A stretch of 63,135 nucleotides of DNA, filler included, from Reticulomyxa filosa (lineage: Eukaryota; Protista; Foraminifera): NCBI GenBank assembly GCA_000512085.1. It is 22 parts of 22 records of this genome, joined end to end, with 100 filler letters (N's around TTAATTAATTAA, not from the genome) between each part and the next. Parts side by side here need not be neighbours in the genome. Positions count along the whole stretch, not along the records: positions 1 to 7,793 come from ASPP01020669.1; positions 7,894 to 13,257 come from ASPP01005719.1; 20 more parts are not named here. One strand, given 5' to 3'. Positions 1 through 13,357 of the stretch are shown one piece after another. A model generated the notes under the pieces. The model saw only the letters and a program-made list of their open reading frames with translations. It was not told where the DNA came from and searched no databases. Every line of letters begins with the position of its first letter. Positions within the stretch are counted from its first letter, which is position 1. Position numbers and translations under genes: made by a program.

Positions 1-2326
1 CAATAGCAATAGCAATAACACTAGCAATGGCAATAGCAATAACAATATCAATATCAATACCAATCCCAATGCTAATATAAATACGAATATGAATTTGAGT
101 GTGAATATAAATGCCGGTGCAATCCACCCGTAGGCAATGGTCTAGATATACCGCAACATATCCCTACCCCGAACAGTCCGACTAACCTCGCCATCCAGAA
201 CATGCCCGCTCCGCGAGTAAAGCAGACGGTGACAAGCAGTAAAGACTTGCCCATCTTTCAACAGCAACAGCAGCGGGAAAAGGAGTTACGGGAAAAAGAG
301 CTGCGCGAAAAAAAACAAACGGAAGAGTTGACCGAAAATAAAGACAAAGAGAAAACCGGCATAAAACAAGACCCAACCACTGCACAACCTCCCAACAAGT
401 CGCACAGCGTCAAGGCAATGCCCTCTTCGACTGCCACTTCTCTCCGAAATCCCAAGACCGGAAAAGAAGAACACGACATTGACGCATTTGAGGCTGGAAG
501 GCTTGACGACGACTTTTTCAGCGGTATTTGTCAACACACACACACACACACACACAATACACGCTGTCCATTTGCTTGTTGTCTTTTATATTTTGTGTAT
601 AACTTGTGTTTCACACGATACAAGACCTGAAAGAAAAGGACGAAAGAGAAAGGGAAGACGAGGAAGATCAAGAGGCTAACGAAGAAGAAGAAGAAGAAGA
701 GAAAGAGAAAGAAGAAGAAGATGATGATGATGAAAGTGATGATGACGATGATGATATTAAAAAGAAAAAGAACAAAAAAGAAAAACTAGACATAAAGGAC
801 AAACAAGAACAACCGAAATCAAAAATGAAACTGATTACCCCTCGTGCGGTGGCGGAGGATGAACTAAGCGATGAAGATATCGCCGATGAGGATAACGACG
901 AGGCATATGTGGAAGAACAGATGATTCGAACTGACCAAACACAGTCTGCCAAGTCAGTTGTGTTAAATGAGGTAACGTTACTGAGAAAGAAACTAAAAAA
1001 CAATACTTTTTTTTTTTTATCTATTTACTGCACATGATATATACATATATGCGAATAATATACATGCGAGAAAAGCAATCCAAGTCACGATCACTGTCTC
1101 CGGAAGTGAAAAAGCAAACAAGTGTAACGCCGGAAGCGATACAAACCACAATGAAAACCGAAACGTTGGATGACGATGTGAAATTACAAGGTACGGATTC
1201 ACCGTCACGATATGAGAGAGAGAGAGAGAGGAAAAAATGACAATTCATACCATCTTCAAACAATCTTATTTGCTGTGTTTATTTGTTTTGTAAATAGAAA
1301 AAAAAAAAGGAATCGACGATTTTACTTCGAAGAAAACACCAACAACAGATGAAGTAGACTTAAGTCAAGTCCATAGCAGTGAGAAATCGAAGCAATTTTG
1401 CGAAGCGGAAATGAAGGAACAGCCCACCACGTCCAATTCTCAATCGCAGATGCAACCTTTACAGCAAATCCTACCTGATGAGCCTAGTTCAAAAACAATG
1501 GCGACGACGACTATTGCGGCGACAAAGTCAAATGAACAATCACAGGATATTGCTATTGCAGAAAAAGTGACTTTGCCACAGGATAGGAACGAAAGTGTTG
1601 TCACAGGAGATCACATGCCATCACCGAGATCTAATGCTTCTTTATCCACAGAGGAGCAAAAGATAGCAACGGATGTAAGCTCACCAAATTCAAAAGAGCA
1701 AAACAATAAAACCAACGAACCAACTGTACAAGTCGGAGGCACTCGCGATACGAAAGAAAAAGAGCCAGGTCAATCTTTGCACAGCGCAAAAAACGCAACT
1801 TTGAGTTATCAGGATGACGAAGAAGATGCTGCAAACGAAGAGGATGAATCTAAAGAAGACGAAGAAAATGAAGAAGATGAGGAACATGATGATGGAGAGG
1901 ACAATGGTGAAGACGATAATGATCAGGACCAAAGCGAAGAAGAAAGTCCAAAAAAGAAATCCAGCAAAAAGGTCAAAAAGGTCAGCAAAGTAATTAGAGT
2001 TCAAAAACTTAATGATATAATTGAACTGACAGACAGTGAAGAGGAAGCTACGAAAGCAGCTTCCCTGAATGACAAAAAATCCAAAAAAAAAGAAACTGAA
2101 GAAGGCAGCAAGAAACAAAAGAAAATTAAAAAAAGTTCGAAATCCCAGGTAAAACATTTCCTCTTGGCATAAGCAAACACAATTGCAAGATTTGTGGTTG
2201 CACACTTAACAGAAAACAACTGAAAAGAGCAAATCGAAAAAGCGCAGCAAAAAAGTACGCATGGAAGGTGAAAAAAAGAAAATTCGTTCAAAGAAAGTGA
2301 AGGAAACATCTGGAGACGTGGAGTGA
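1..2326 (+). CDS. 5'-partial multi-exon low-complexity acidic/Lys-rich protein (unknown function)
   Basis: Same-strand ORFs 202-630, 606-1037, 1034-1240 and 1411-2172 can be joined by GT-AG introns (524-624, 972-~1070, 1191-~1309, 2149-2212). The last exon reads KTTEKSKSKKRSKKVRMEGEKKKIRSKKVKETSGDVE* (TGA 2324-2326). Poly-E/D and K-rich tracts; no globular domain recognised. Confidence 0.6.
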
Positions 2327-2721
2327 AGTTTTAACATCCTTTTATTTTATTCAATAGTAAGTAATAAAGTCTAAACAATCACATAAAGTTTCAATATAAT
2401 ATTCTGCATTTCGATTAGAAAGCATCCTCACAAGTTAATGATTACTTTTTTTGATTGAATTGAGTCAGTGCTAACATTTGTAACTTCATCAACACCACAA
2501 AACAAAAAGACCATGACCACTCAAAAAAAGAAAAAGGACGAAACAACAAAAACAAGTAAAAAAAAGAGAAAAAAAGAGTTAACAAATTTTACTTGTTGCT
2601 GTGCACAACAATAGCATGAGAAAAAGAAAAAAAGTTATCGAACAAAGGAAGTATAAGTGCACAACAAGGAACAAAAACACAACAAGACATGAGATTAAAC
2701 AATTAACAAACGAGTGAAGGA

Positions 2722-5700
2722 TCATCGAAAGTCATTATCAAACGTTCTGGCTGAGGGAATCTGGTTAGGAGGAACAGGTGTGCTCAGATTTGAATGTGGT
2801 GTCACAGCCAGCTTTGAAATTTTTGACCACAGCAAAAATTGTGCTTGAGCATCATTTCCACAGACGCTTCTTAAATCTTCCTTGGAGTGAATTGTATGCA
2901 GCACGTCCAAGAAAGTGAAGACACCAATATTTTCAAATTTACTTAAATATCTTTCGCAATGAATCTTTTTTAGCCACTCTTCGAACTATGCAATGCACAT
3001 ATACAGATATAAGATAAAACTGTGAAGTTTTCATTTTTGTATTGTCTGTTGTATATATTTAACAAAAAGAAAATTTGACGATATTTTGTAAAGAGAAACA
3101 AAGCCAAACTGCAACTAATTCCTCACGTAAATCTGCAGCTTTTTTCAAAAACATTTTTCGGTGTGGTTTCTTGTGCATTCCAACGTCATTGACAAGAGTT
3201 TGTTCGTCAATGAATGTGACCATACGAATATCATTGTACGCACAACTTCGGAAGTGAGGCAAATACTCTGGTAGCTTAACTGTGTCACGCAACCATTCCT
3301 CGAACTATTTGAAGCAAAACAAATGAAGTGTGCGAGTTGAACAATTGTTTCAAGTGGAGAAGAAAAGACCATAATAAGACAAACCTTGATAGTGCAGGCA
3401 CCGACTGGTGACACAATGGATTGGCTGGAGACAGCTGGCAGTGGATTCGAATCAAATTCTGCAATAGGTGTGCTGGAAGCTCTTGGAAAAGTGCTATACA
3501 TTGAGATTATTGAGTGTGAGCAACACCTTCGAAACAAACAAAGAAAAAGAAAACTTTCGCATACCCTTCATTTTGAAAGGATCTTTTCTCGGCTTTAAAA
3601 GTGTCATAAGCTCGCTTTAACGACTCATTTTTGGTAAGCAAATCGGGTTGCAATTTCAAGGCTTTGTTCCAATAAACCTCCACTTGTTCCAATCGGGTGG
3701 TAACTGGAACATTTTTTGTACAACGTAAACAATCTGCATACCAAGCGATTGAAACAGCGGAATTAGGTTCTATTTTAATGACAGCCCCTAAATATTGCAA
3801 TGCTTTCTCGCTTTCTTTATATTCGCGATGGAGAAGCATACCCAAGCATTTCATCGCCATCGTGTTATTGGCATCGTATGTGAGAGCACATTCATAGTAT
3901 TGGCGTGCTTGCTCGACATTTTTCTGAATATGATAAATGCACCATCCATATCGAGCAAGTAGCAGGGAAATATCTTTTCGTGTTCCTATTTTTAATGATT
4001 TTTCCCAACACGACACAACATAAATTCAAATAATTGCACATGTACATATATGCATATATAAACATATATATATATATATATATATGTGTACATGTTATAT
4101 GTATATCGGCATGTGCGCGTGCATGTTGTAGAGTATACCTCCAACACAGGTCATCAACTCAAAACAACGTTGCCAAGACCACAAAGCCTGAACATACTCC
4201 CCAACGATGAAGCATAGAGTACCATAATGTCGATATGCAGTGTGGTCTTTTTCATTGACATTCATAGCCGCCAAGTAATGATTTTGGGACTCTTCATATC
4301 GTTCCAATTCACACAAACACAGCCCATACTCCACGTGTACACCATAATGATGTGGCCACATTTGTGATAGTTCTACCCAATGTTTTTCGCTTTCAAGGAA
4401 TTGCTTGTTTTTGCGCAAACATCGAGCGTAACAAAACAAGGCTATGAAATAGCGTTTGAAGATTTCACTCCTGACTAAAGCCTCTGTGTTTTTTGCAATT
4501 GGAACGCCTTCGTTTTGTCTGTTATCCAGCGATTCCATGTTATTGTCCTTCATTTCTTCTTCTTCTTCTTCCTCTTGCTCTTCTTCTTCGTCGTCGTTAT
4601 CACCCTTGATCTCCCCAACGACAATCTTAGGGATGCCTTGGTCCAAAGAATTGCTATTGCTATTGCTATTGTTATTCTTCATTGCACCATTGCCACCGCC
4701 GACGACTTCATTCGCGTTGTTGGCATTTTTGTTATTCCTTTCTTCTTCTTCTTCTTCTTCTTCTTGCTCTTCTTGTTCTTCTTCTTGGCCATTTGATTTC
4801 ATTGCGGTTAAGTATTCTCTCTCGCGATAATTCACTGTGTATCTATAATACTTTACCGCTTCCGTGTAGTTTTCGCACTGTTCCAATCCATATGCATAAT
4901 TGAAGTTGATCTCATCTCGATTTGTCAACGGGATTCCTATTGTATATGTATATATGTACATATATACATATACATATATATTTGTATTTATATACGTATA
5001 CTACACAGAGTTGTTGTTTTTTTTTTCCCTCCCCCCCTCCTCCTTTTTTATTATACCGTCGTATCGATCAATGGTCTCATCGTTGTAAATGTCAATAATC
5101 TGCCGAAATTGCGCGACGGCGAGACTGTGCTTGCGCCACTCCATGTAAACATTGCCCAAATGTCGCCTAACGGCAATGTTTTGTGGTTCCAGTTCTAATG
5201 CCTTGAGCAGATACATTTCGGCCTCTTCATATTTTTTGAAGCCGAAGCAGAGCAACACGGCATATCCTCCAAACAAGTGCGGCATTTTTTCAGCGTGTGG
5301 CAGCAGCACTTTCCATTGTTCGAGCGACTTGTCATAGTCGCCTTCCAAAAACGTTTGCTCTGCACGTTGAATCATTTCCAAGATATGTGGAGGAACATCG
5401 TCATCATGTTCATTGTTATCGCCTTCTCCTTCGTCTTCATCATTGTTGCCATTTTCGTTATTGCGATTATCATTATCATTGCCAATATCTTGTTGTTGTT
5501 GTTCCTCTTGCTCTTCTTCCTCTTCTTGTTCCTCTTCTTCTTCCTCCTGTTCTTCTTCTTCTTCTTCTTCTTCTTCCTCGTCCTCTTCTTCGATTGCCTC
5601 CTCAATGACATGCTCCACATTATCGTTATTATTATTATTATTATTATCATCGCCGTCGTCATCATCATCATCATCATCATCATCATCGTCATCGTCTCGC

Positions 5701-7686
5701 TTGCTATCGTCGAACTCGTTGGCCGACAAACTCGACGTCGAAGGCGAGGGCGCGAACTCGACGGTGAAGTTGGAGGACTGACGACCGTGTGACTTGTCCA
5801 GAGACGCGTTTTGATTGGGTGGCGTCGGCGCCAAGTTATTATTGTTATATTGTCTGTGACGTACTTTGAGTTTGAGTTTGCGTCTGGGTTTGGACTTGGA
5901 CTTGGATCTGGACCTGGATTTCAGTTTGGATTTGTCTTTGAATCTGGGTTTAGACCAGCTGATTTTCGACGTATTTTTCTTTTTCTTGCGCTTGTGCTTG
6001 CGATCGCGTTTGGTTTCCAGAAACGAAATGGACGGACGTGGGATCATTTCGCTGGTGCTTCGTCGTGTCGTCTGACTTCGTAATTCCATCACTGTCAACT
6101 CCTCTTCGAACCCAATGTTTTCGCCGCTGGCCTGACTGCTGAACTTGGCGATGGCGTCCAATCGATCGATTGACGTTCCGGACATGGGCATGTTGATACG
6201 AGCTAGACGATTCGAAAAGTGCTTCCGCGATAACGACAACACGTGGCGATCGTTTGTCGCATCGTCCATTTCGTCGTTTGGATCTTGGATGGGCGTTGGG
6301 GTATTTGTCGTGTTTGTTGTATTTGTTGTCTGCGTTGTGTTCACTGATTCTACTGCTTTCACATCTTCCGGCATCACCGTGCAAAATTTGCTGGGAGACA
6401 CTTTTGGCAATGCATTCACATCGCTTTCTTCTGCTCGGTTCATTGACGCCACTGCCTCCAATTGCTTTTGCCAGTATCTCTTGTTGTGGTCATTCAAAAA
6501 GTCTGGAAAAGGGCTCATGTTGCTGTGATTGAGTGTCTTTGGTCCTTTCGAGTTGCGTCCTTGCTTCGCAGAGGGAATTCGCAAATTGTTTTGTCTATCA
6601 TCATAACACGATACATTTTTGTATACGTACTTGCGCATGCATATGTACATACATATATACATATATACATATATGCATATATAGACACCTAATGCTTGAC
6701 ACATCCAACGTTGGCACTTTTGGGTGATGCTTCGAGCTTGCGACGCTATTGTCTCTGCCTTGAATCGCCTCATTTCGCTTTTGAGCGGTGAGAGCGGAAT
6801 CGGACGCCTGCTGCCGAAGCCACAACAATTGATGATGAGGCTCCAATGACAGCGACGGATCTGGTGGCTGCGGAGCTCGTCGCAACGCCCCGTTGGCTCT
6901 TGACAGAGGGGAGTTGGAACCACTTTGTAGCAGCGACGATTCGCTATTTGTTTTGGCCATTTCCAAAGGGTGTTGGAATCGCATTCGATAAGACAGGCGT
7001 TTTCGATAAGCTTTTAAATTGCGACGACTGCCGTTATTATTATTATTATTATCATTGTTGTGATTATTATGATTATTATGATGATGATTATTATTATTGT
7101 TATTGTTATGAATTAGATGACTAGGATTAAAAAGTGAATCTATGGGATTATGATGATTTGGCATATCTTCAAAGGAATCACTCGTCTTTTTGCTATCACT
7201 TCGGTCGTTCATTTTCTTGCCTTCAATTCGACTATTGTATTGTGATGTATCATTGCTGTGATAATCTTCCAATGCATTGACATGTCGGAGATTGGGATTA
7301 CTGTTCCCTGGCGATATCATAAATGGCCCCGCTGGATATTTCCAACTCTCACTGTCCATCATTTGCAATTTGGGATTTTTTTTGGATAGTTCGGCGTTGT
7401 TGTTGTCATTTTCGTTTTCGTTTTTGCGTTTTTCACTTTTGCTTGGCTCTTTGTCTTTTTCCTTCTCTTTTTCTTTGTCTTTGTCTTTGCTACTTGTTCC
7501 CATTCGTTCGATTTTGGGTTCAATGCTTCTCGGTCGAAACTCTCGACCCGAAGCACGTCCATTTTGTCTGTCTGACGCCATTCGATAGCCCAGCTTCCCA
7601 TTGTTATTGTTTGAGTCATCATCATCGCTAAACCAACTAGCACCACCGCCACCTGCTGGTGACGTCACTGTGTCTTCAAGCACCAT
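2722..7686 (-). CDS. Multi-exon protein: disordered N/D/E-rich N-terminus, TPR repeats, two C-terminal SAM domains
   Basis: Exons join in frame through GT-AG introns (6688-6595, 5056-4937, 4138-3986, 3564-~3500, ~3384-3305, ~3109-2985). TPR-like helices include 'YEEAEMYLLKALELEPQNIAVRRHLGNVY' and 'EQARQYYECALTYDANNTMAMKCLG'. SAM-like segments are 'FEEWLRDTVKLPEYLPHF...DVGMHKKPHRKMFLK' and 'FEEWLKKIHCERYLSKFENIGV...LLWSKI'. Confidence 0.8.
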
Positions 7687-7793
7687 GGATTTGTTTTTTT
7701 CGTTGGCTGCTGCTTAATGATAATGATACATTTTCTTCATGTCAGACATCCCCACACACACACATTAAATGTGAATAAACAATATCAATCACA

Positions 7794-7893
7794 NNNNNNN
7801 NNNNNNNNNNNNNNNNNNNNNNNNNNNNNNNNNNNNNTTAATTAATTAANNNNNNNNNNNNNNNNNNNNNNNNNNNNNNNNNNNNNNNNNNNN
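7794..7893. other. Artificial contig linker (N44-TTAATTAATTAA-N44); identical linkers start at 13258, 14638, 16464, 18067, 25932, 27168, 34330, 35810, 38476, 41182, 42556, 44608, 47759, 49697, 50869, 55106, 57267, 58709, 59809, 61361
   Basis: The same 100-nt spacer occurs 21 times and TTAATTAATTAA places a stop in all six frames. Genes are truncated at the linkers. Confidence 0.98.
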
Positions 7894-7994
7894 GACAATT
7901 TCTTGTTTTTTAATGTGTTCTCCAACACCGACGGATTAAGATGGAGTTTCTCAAACAATTTCTTAGTTGTGTCGTCTGTTTGTTCTGAAGACAT
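7894..7994 (-). CDS. 5' fragment of probable glutaminyl-tRNA synthetase (eukaryotic N-terminal domain)
   Basis: MSSEQTDDTTKKLFEKLHLNPSVLENTLKNKKL resembles the eukaryotic GlnRS N-terminal motif 'LF..iGL.e..akeTLKNkkL'. Only ~33 codons precede the contig end. Confidence 0.6.
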
Positions 7995-9010
7995 GATTTC
8001 ACTTTTTTTTTGAGTTGTCAAATGTGAAACACCAACCAACAAAGGTGATCTTGTCAAAGGATTTAAAAAGCTGCAAGAATTATATTTCACAGGACGAAAA
8101 GCAAACACGAGCCGGCGAACAGAGAACATATAGGGGAACTCCAAAAAATTTTGAACCTTCTTTTTTTACTTTCAGCGTTTTTTCTTTATACTGTATTACC
8201 AGCTTCAAGTTTGGCACTTATTAGCATCTCTTTTGAATAATCCTTTTTTTAACATTTGCCATGCAATAAGGTACATATATATTCATCTGGACATTGCAAG
8301 CACATCTGATTTATTATGGTAATCTAGATTATCTACGTTTTAAGCTATGCTCAAATTCAAATTCGTGTATAATATTGAAGGTAACACGTGTAAAATTTGT
8401 TGCAAGCATTTTTTGTATGGCTATATTTTTTCCTACCGTAAATATAAAACGCTAATACTTGATTGAACTAACTTCTTTTGTTAATTGTTAGGTAGCTAAT
8501 GTAAAGGATAAGCTAGTCTAAATTTTCTCTAAAATTTATTTACTTTTCTAATTTATTTTGACTTTAGGAATTTCATATTTTACTGTTATACATTTTGAAA
8601 CATTTATTCACACATTTAGTTTACATATTTCATAAATCAACTGCACTAGGATCCCAGATCTTTGCATTTATGTAGTGTAATGCCCTACTAATTACAGGAG
8701 AAGCTTCATACGAACGAGGGAACCCTTTTTTTCCTCAACAACCTTCACTGTCTTCTTTCACTTTTCTGTTTCTTGTTTCTTTGTCAGTGAGTTGTTTATC
8801 TCTTGATTATTTAACTACTTTTGTTTGCCTTTTCGAAAACACCTTTCAGTAATAACTTTCGTATTACACTTGGTGCTACCTCAATCTTCCTACACTTATT
8901 TAAAAAATTAACAATACTCCAATTTTGAATAAATGAATAAAAAGGAAACACGACAAATTCATTCAAAACAAACTTTTATCAATGTTTCTTCAATTAAATT
9001 CAATGCGTAT

Positions 9011-9592
9011 TCATCCACAAATACAAACAAAACCTTCGAAAGAACCATAATATAAATGAGTATTACAATCATCATTTGATTTTTGTTGACTATTCTTTAC
9101 TTTCTTTCTCAATGATAAAAATATAAAAAATATTATTCCATTATTTTCTTTTTTATCTCCTTTAATCACATACAATTCTTTCTTATTTGATCGAATATCT
9201 AAAAAACGACTTGTTTTGATAACGATATTGTGAAAATTTCACACGATGTACATGATCTGAATATCTATTGAATGATTGAATTTGCTTGTAGTTTCCACAT
9301 AACATACAAGAACTGTTTTATCATCTGATACAAAGCAAATCAATTGAAAATTATCAAATATTGAATAATTAATACTATTCACACAATCTTTGTGCAAAGT
9401 GAATGCTTTGAGTAATGTAGATGATTGACAAAACGTGTCGATCAGAAAGGCTGTAACTGCCTACATAAAATAATAACACCAAATAAGCATTTTAAGTTAA
9501 ATGAAAAGCAAAAAACATGAGATATTTGATGACAAGTTTATCAAAATCATGGATTCATCCTAATTTAATGTCTAACACTCGGAATTAAAAAC
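9011..9592 (-). pseudogene. Degenerate WD40-repeat gene relic
   Basis: The minus strand reads FRVLDIKLG*IHDFDKLVIKY, then an intron-like gap, then AVTAFLIDTFCQSSTLLKAFTLHKDCVNSINYSIFDNFQLICFVSDDKTV..., then jumps to DIRSNKKELYVIKGDKKENNGI...YYGSFEGFVCICG*. This is the same family as 12799-13257, with a stop, a frameshift and an internal deletion. Confidence 0.75.
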
Positions 9593-9670
9593 CTGTCGTT
9601 GTACCTTTGGAAAAGTGGGTACCCTTTTAAGATTTCACAGCATCTTTTCCAATATTTTCAAAAAGACGTT

Positions 9671-10697
9671 ATGTATTTAAATGCTCAAAAGGCAGGTTTC
9701 CATTCGGAGACTGGCTTGCTTATTACTCTCGTGCTCAATTTGCTGTGTGTTCTGTACTGTTTTGGGTTGTTGTACGTAGTCAGACGCAATCTGTGGACGA
9801 GAGAGAGAGCAAGTAGTGAAACGACGAAAGAAACGAGTATAAGTATATCTACTACTACAGAGAAGGACGTGAAAAGATCTTCAGTAGTTGATGTCAGAGT
9901 CAAATGGATCGTAACTATGTATGTATTTGGGAGTTTTGGGATATGTACTGGACACTTGTGTGGGCAACTAGTTTCTGCATTGGTGGAGAATGCTGAGGGA
10001 ACGTGCGTTGGTGGGGCATATGTACTGTACTTGCGAATGATTGTGGAAGGGTTGTTTTTTTCGTTTTACTTGGTGCGTACAATGATACTTTTGCAAGGGA
10101 GTGCCTTTGAAGTTTCAAAATGCAAACAATATTGGTTTGGAATTGCGCCGACGGTTACCTTTGGCACTGCATTTTTTGCCTTTAACTTACATTCACAGCT
10201 GTCTAACTGTAACATGACAGGTGTAATTGCCAACACGTTGCTTTTATTGCCTATATTCGTTCAGTTGTTTTGGAATGTCACTTTGTTCAGTTTTTTGGCG
10301 TATCATGTTTACAAAGTTAAAAAAATAAATCTTTTTATTTTTTTTTTTTTGGCCCTTCTTTTTTTCGTATACGTACTTTTGATTACTGTACACAAAACAC
10401 TTTGTGGTTAAAAAAAAAAAGATTGCAAACGAAAAGGTGATAATATCAAACGGCCAACTCCAAAATGATTTGAACAGATATCTAAAAAAACTGTTTCGAT
10501 TGTTTTTATTTGCAGAGGTGTTCACTATTGCTCTTTATGTAAGCTTGTCTGTTCCTAGTTGGCGTGAAGCAATTTGGTCGATAAACCTCATCGAACTTTG
10601 TGTTAATTCCTCGACAATGGTGTTGTCTTTTGGCTTTGCAAAGCCTGCTTTTGATGCCATTTGCTTGTGTACTTGGACTAATGGCAATCAAACGTGA
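9671..10697 (+). CDS. Orphan 7-transmembrane (GPCR-like) protein, 2 exons
   Basis: ORFs 9599-10411 and 10404-10697 join via intron ~10316-10421. About 7 hydrophobic segments. Shares 'FY..R....lQ.s.Fe' and C-terminal 'vN...m.LsF.FA...f..iC' motifs with 61827-63025. Start codon uncertain. Confidence 0.65.
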
Positions 10698-12798
10698 TAT
10701 ATACGTATATGCATGGTACACATCACATATGAAAACGCTTTTTTTTTAAATTTGTAAAGGGATGTTTTTGTGTGCTCCTTTTTTTTGTAGTTTTTGTGAT
10801 GTGCTTTGCCTGTATATCCTCGTTGAAACATTTTGTTTGTTTTTGTTTTTGCATAAAAAATTTTTTCGAATGTCCCCATGTTTTTAATTTTTAGTTCAAA
10901 TTTGAACTCAAACTTCATCGCATAAGCATGAAGTCTTGATTCTGATCGGTAGTGAAATCAATGGATGATAGCTCAAAAGACAATTTGTACACATCACTAC
11001 AAAAAAAAAATAAATTTGCAAAATGCGTCGTATTGTGTGAAAAGACACAAAAGAATGAATATTTGCAAAGAGGAGCCAAATTAACAAAAATAATTAAATA
11101 TAAACGAATAATTTACATATGTGACATTACTGTCCAGGACATTCCTTCTTTTATTGATATGTCTTTTCATTGGTTTAGAACTCACCCCAAATTTGTCCAA
11201 AGGACATAACACAGCTGCATTACTGTTGCGTGAAATGTCAGCTACTGCTACTCAAGTAGAGTGTTCCTCCATTTTTTTGATATTTCAAATTTAAAGCGTC
11301 CATTTCATATTTTATTCTTTTACTGTTGCTATCTCTCATGTTTGAATTGTCTTAACATTGGGGAGAATATTGAACTTGGAGACTCTTTGTTTGAACTTCA
11401 AAAAAACACTCAGAAGCCGTTCACAATATTTTTTGTAGTTTTCTCGAATTTGTATTAACAAATTTTCTTTCATTTATTTAGTATTTTCTAAACGTAGAAT
11501 TTTTTTGGTTGGAAGGCAAGATCAGCTTGCCTTTGTGACTGAATGTTTATGTAAATAATTCAGGAAGAATTACCTAAATCTGCCATAAATGAAAGCGGAT
11601 TAAAATATTGAATGAAAATAAATTCGTAAAAATAAGAAATATTTCTACCTTTCAACAAAAAAAGGAATTTACATTCCATTTCGTGCTTGTTCATTAAAAA
11701 TGGAGTTAAATAACATTTCGTGCACATTACAGATTTGTTGTAAATTTCTTTTGACTTATCAATTTTTTCCTTTATTTGTAAAAAAGTTTCTTGGATAAAA
11801 TTCAAACGCAAATTTACATAAAAAATTGTTTTAACTTGAATAAAACCCTCTTTCAACATTTTACTTTTTCAATAATTTTTGTCATTTTTTCTTTTTCTTG
11901 TTTTTTGTTTTTGGTGTATGCAGAGATGTTGAGTTACTATCCAGGAGCTAACAAAAGGAATGATATTGAAATAATTAAAGCAAATGCTCAAGTCTAATTA
12001 CGTTTTAAAACTTTTTTTGGTGTGGTCTAAAAAACACATTGACAAAGGGAAAAAAAACGATCTAATCCACCCAAATCAACGTGAAAAAAAAAATTCACAT
12101 TTTTCGATGTTCTAATCATAGTGTGGTTTGTTTTTTTGAAAAGGAAATTGATGTTGACACAAAACAATGGATAAACAAACTTGTCCTTTTTTTTGCTGGC
12201 TTGTTGACTGTCAGACTGGCAGTGAATTTTTCAACGACAATTTGTATGAAGAAGGAAGATTGTAATTTGTATTGCATCTTTATTTTTATTGGAAGTAATA
12301 CAACAAAAAGCACGTTTGAAAAATATTTTTACGAAGTAATTCACAAATATTTTCTCTCTACTTTTGCATTCCATGCATATTCTTTATGTGTTTTCTCATC
12401 AAGAATGTGGTGTATTGTTGACCTTGCAAACAAAATTCACTTTCGTGTTTGAATGGAGATTCCATGAACCTTATTATTTCGATTTTGAATATTTTAATTG
12501 GATGTTTATGTAATCTTATCATTGTCAATCCATCCAATATAATTATTTATTTCATATTATATAAAAGTAAAGATAAAATTAAGAAAAAATGTATTTACTT
12601 TGATTATAGTATTTTAATTTAACAAAAAATAAACTGGACTTGGATAGCCATTCACTTACCAAGCCTAACTACAGCAAATGATAATTATTTTCATATCTAA
12701 ATATTTTGCAGACACTTTCATTGGTCTTGAGAAAAAAGTTCAATCATTTTTTTCATCTTGCATCATCGAAGAAATCTCAAAAAAAAACAGCTGAAACA

Positions 12799-13257
12799 AT
12801 GACCACTCATGGAAATGAAAAACAATCATTCCGATCAGTATTGGTAACTTTAATTCAATCTTTCAGAAAACTAGTTGTTTTTATGTTTTAATTGGTTTAT
12901 GATTGATCACAGTCAGAAGAAGAAGAGACTCAAATAATTATCCAATATTGGACTCGAATATTAAAAATCAAATTAGGATGGATCCAGGATTTCAACAAAC
13001 TTGTTGCTAAATATGTTAAGCCTGTTTGTTTACTTTATTCAATCACAAATATTTATTTGTTGTTTTTGCAATTTTTACAATTTAATACAGGCAACTGACT
13101 TCTTAATGTTTGAAGTGTTTCGTTCATCCAAATTAGTCAAGACTTTCACTGGACATACAAATAGTGTGCGGAGTATTGATTATTCAACACTTGATGGCGG
13201 CCAATTCATTTGTTCTGGATCATTTGATAATACAGTCCGTGTATGGGATGTTGATAA
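12799..13257 (+). CDS. WD40-repeat protein, 5' part (truncated by contig end)
   Basis: MTTHGNEKQSFRSVL | intron 12844-12912 | SEEEETQIIIQYWTRILKIKLGWIQDFNKLVAKY | intron to 13090 | ...KTFTGHTNSVRSIDYSTLDGGQFICSGSFDNTVRVWDVD, a canonical GH...WD repeat. Confidence 0.9.
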
Positions 13258-13357
13258 NNNNNNNNNNNNNNNNNNNNNNNNNNNNNNNNNNNNNNNNNNN
13301 NTTAATTAATTAANNNNNNNNNNNNNNNNNNNNNNNNNNNNNNNNNNNNNNNNNNNN

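Noticed and set aside
110-135. Programmed frameshifting at frame breaks (also ~21480, ~34665, ~36720)
   Set aside because: The breaks fall in or next to homopolymer runs in a draft assembly, so indel sequencing errors or pseudogenisation are more parsimonious.
5277-5792. Antisense ORFs of poly-Ser/Leu/Ile/Phe/Tyr (also at 668-1003, 4456-4830, 30633-31208, 31650-32253, 52592-53092, 60108-60958)
   Set aside because: These are shadow frames of GAA/GAT/AAT trinucleotide runs in real genes on the opposite strand or in another frame.
6690-6923. Overlapping dual-coding between ORFs 5001-6923 and 6601-7686
   Set aside because: Resolved by intron 6688-6595, which joins the two frames into one gene.
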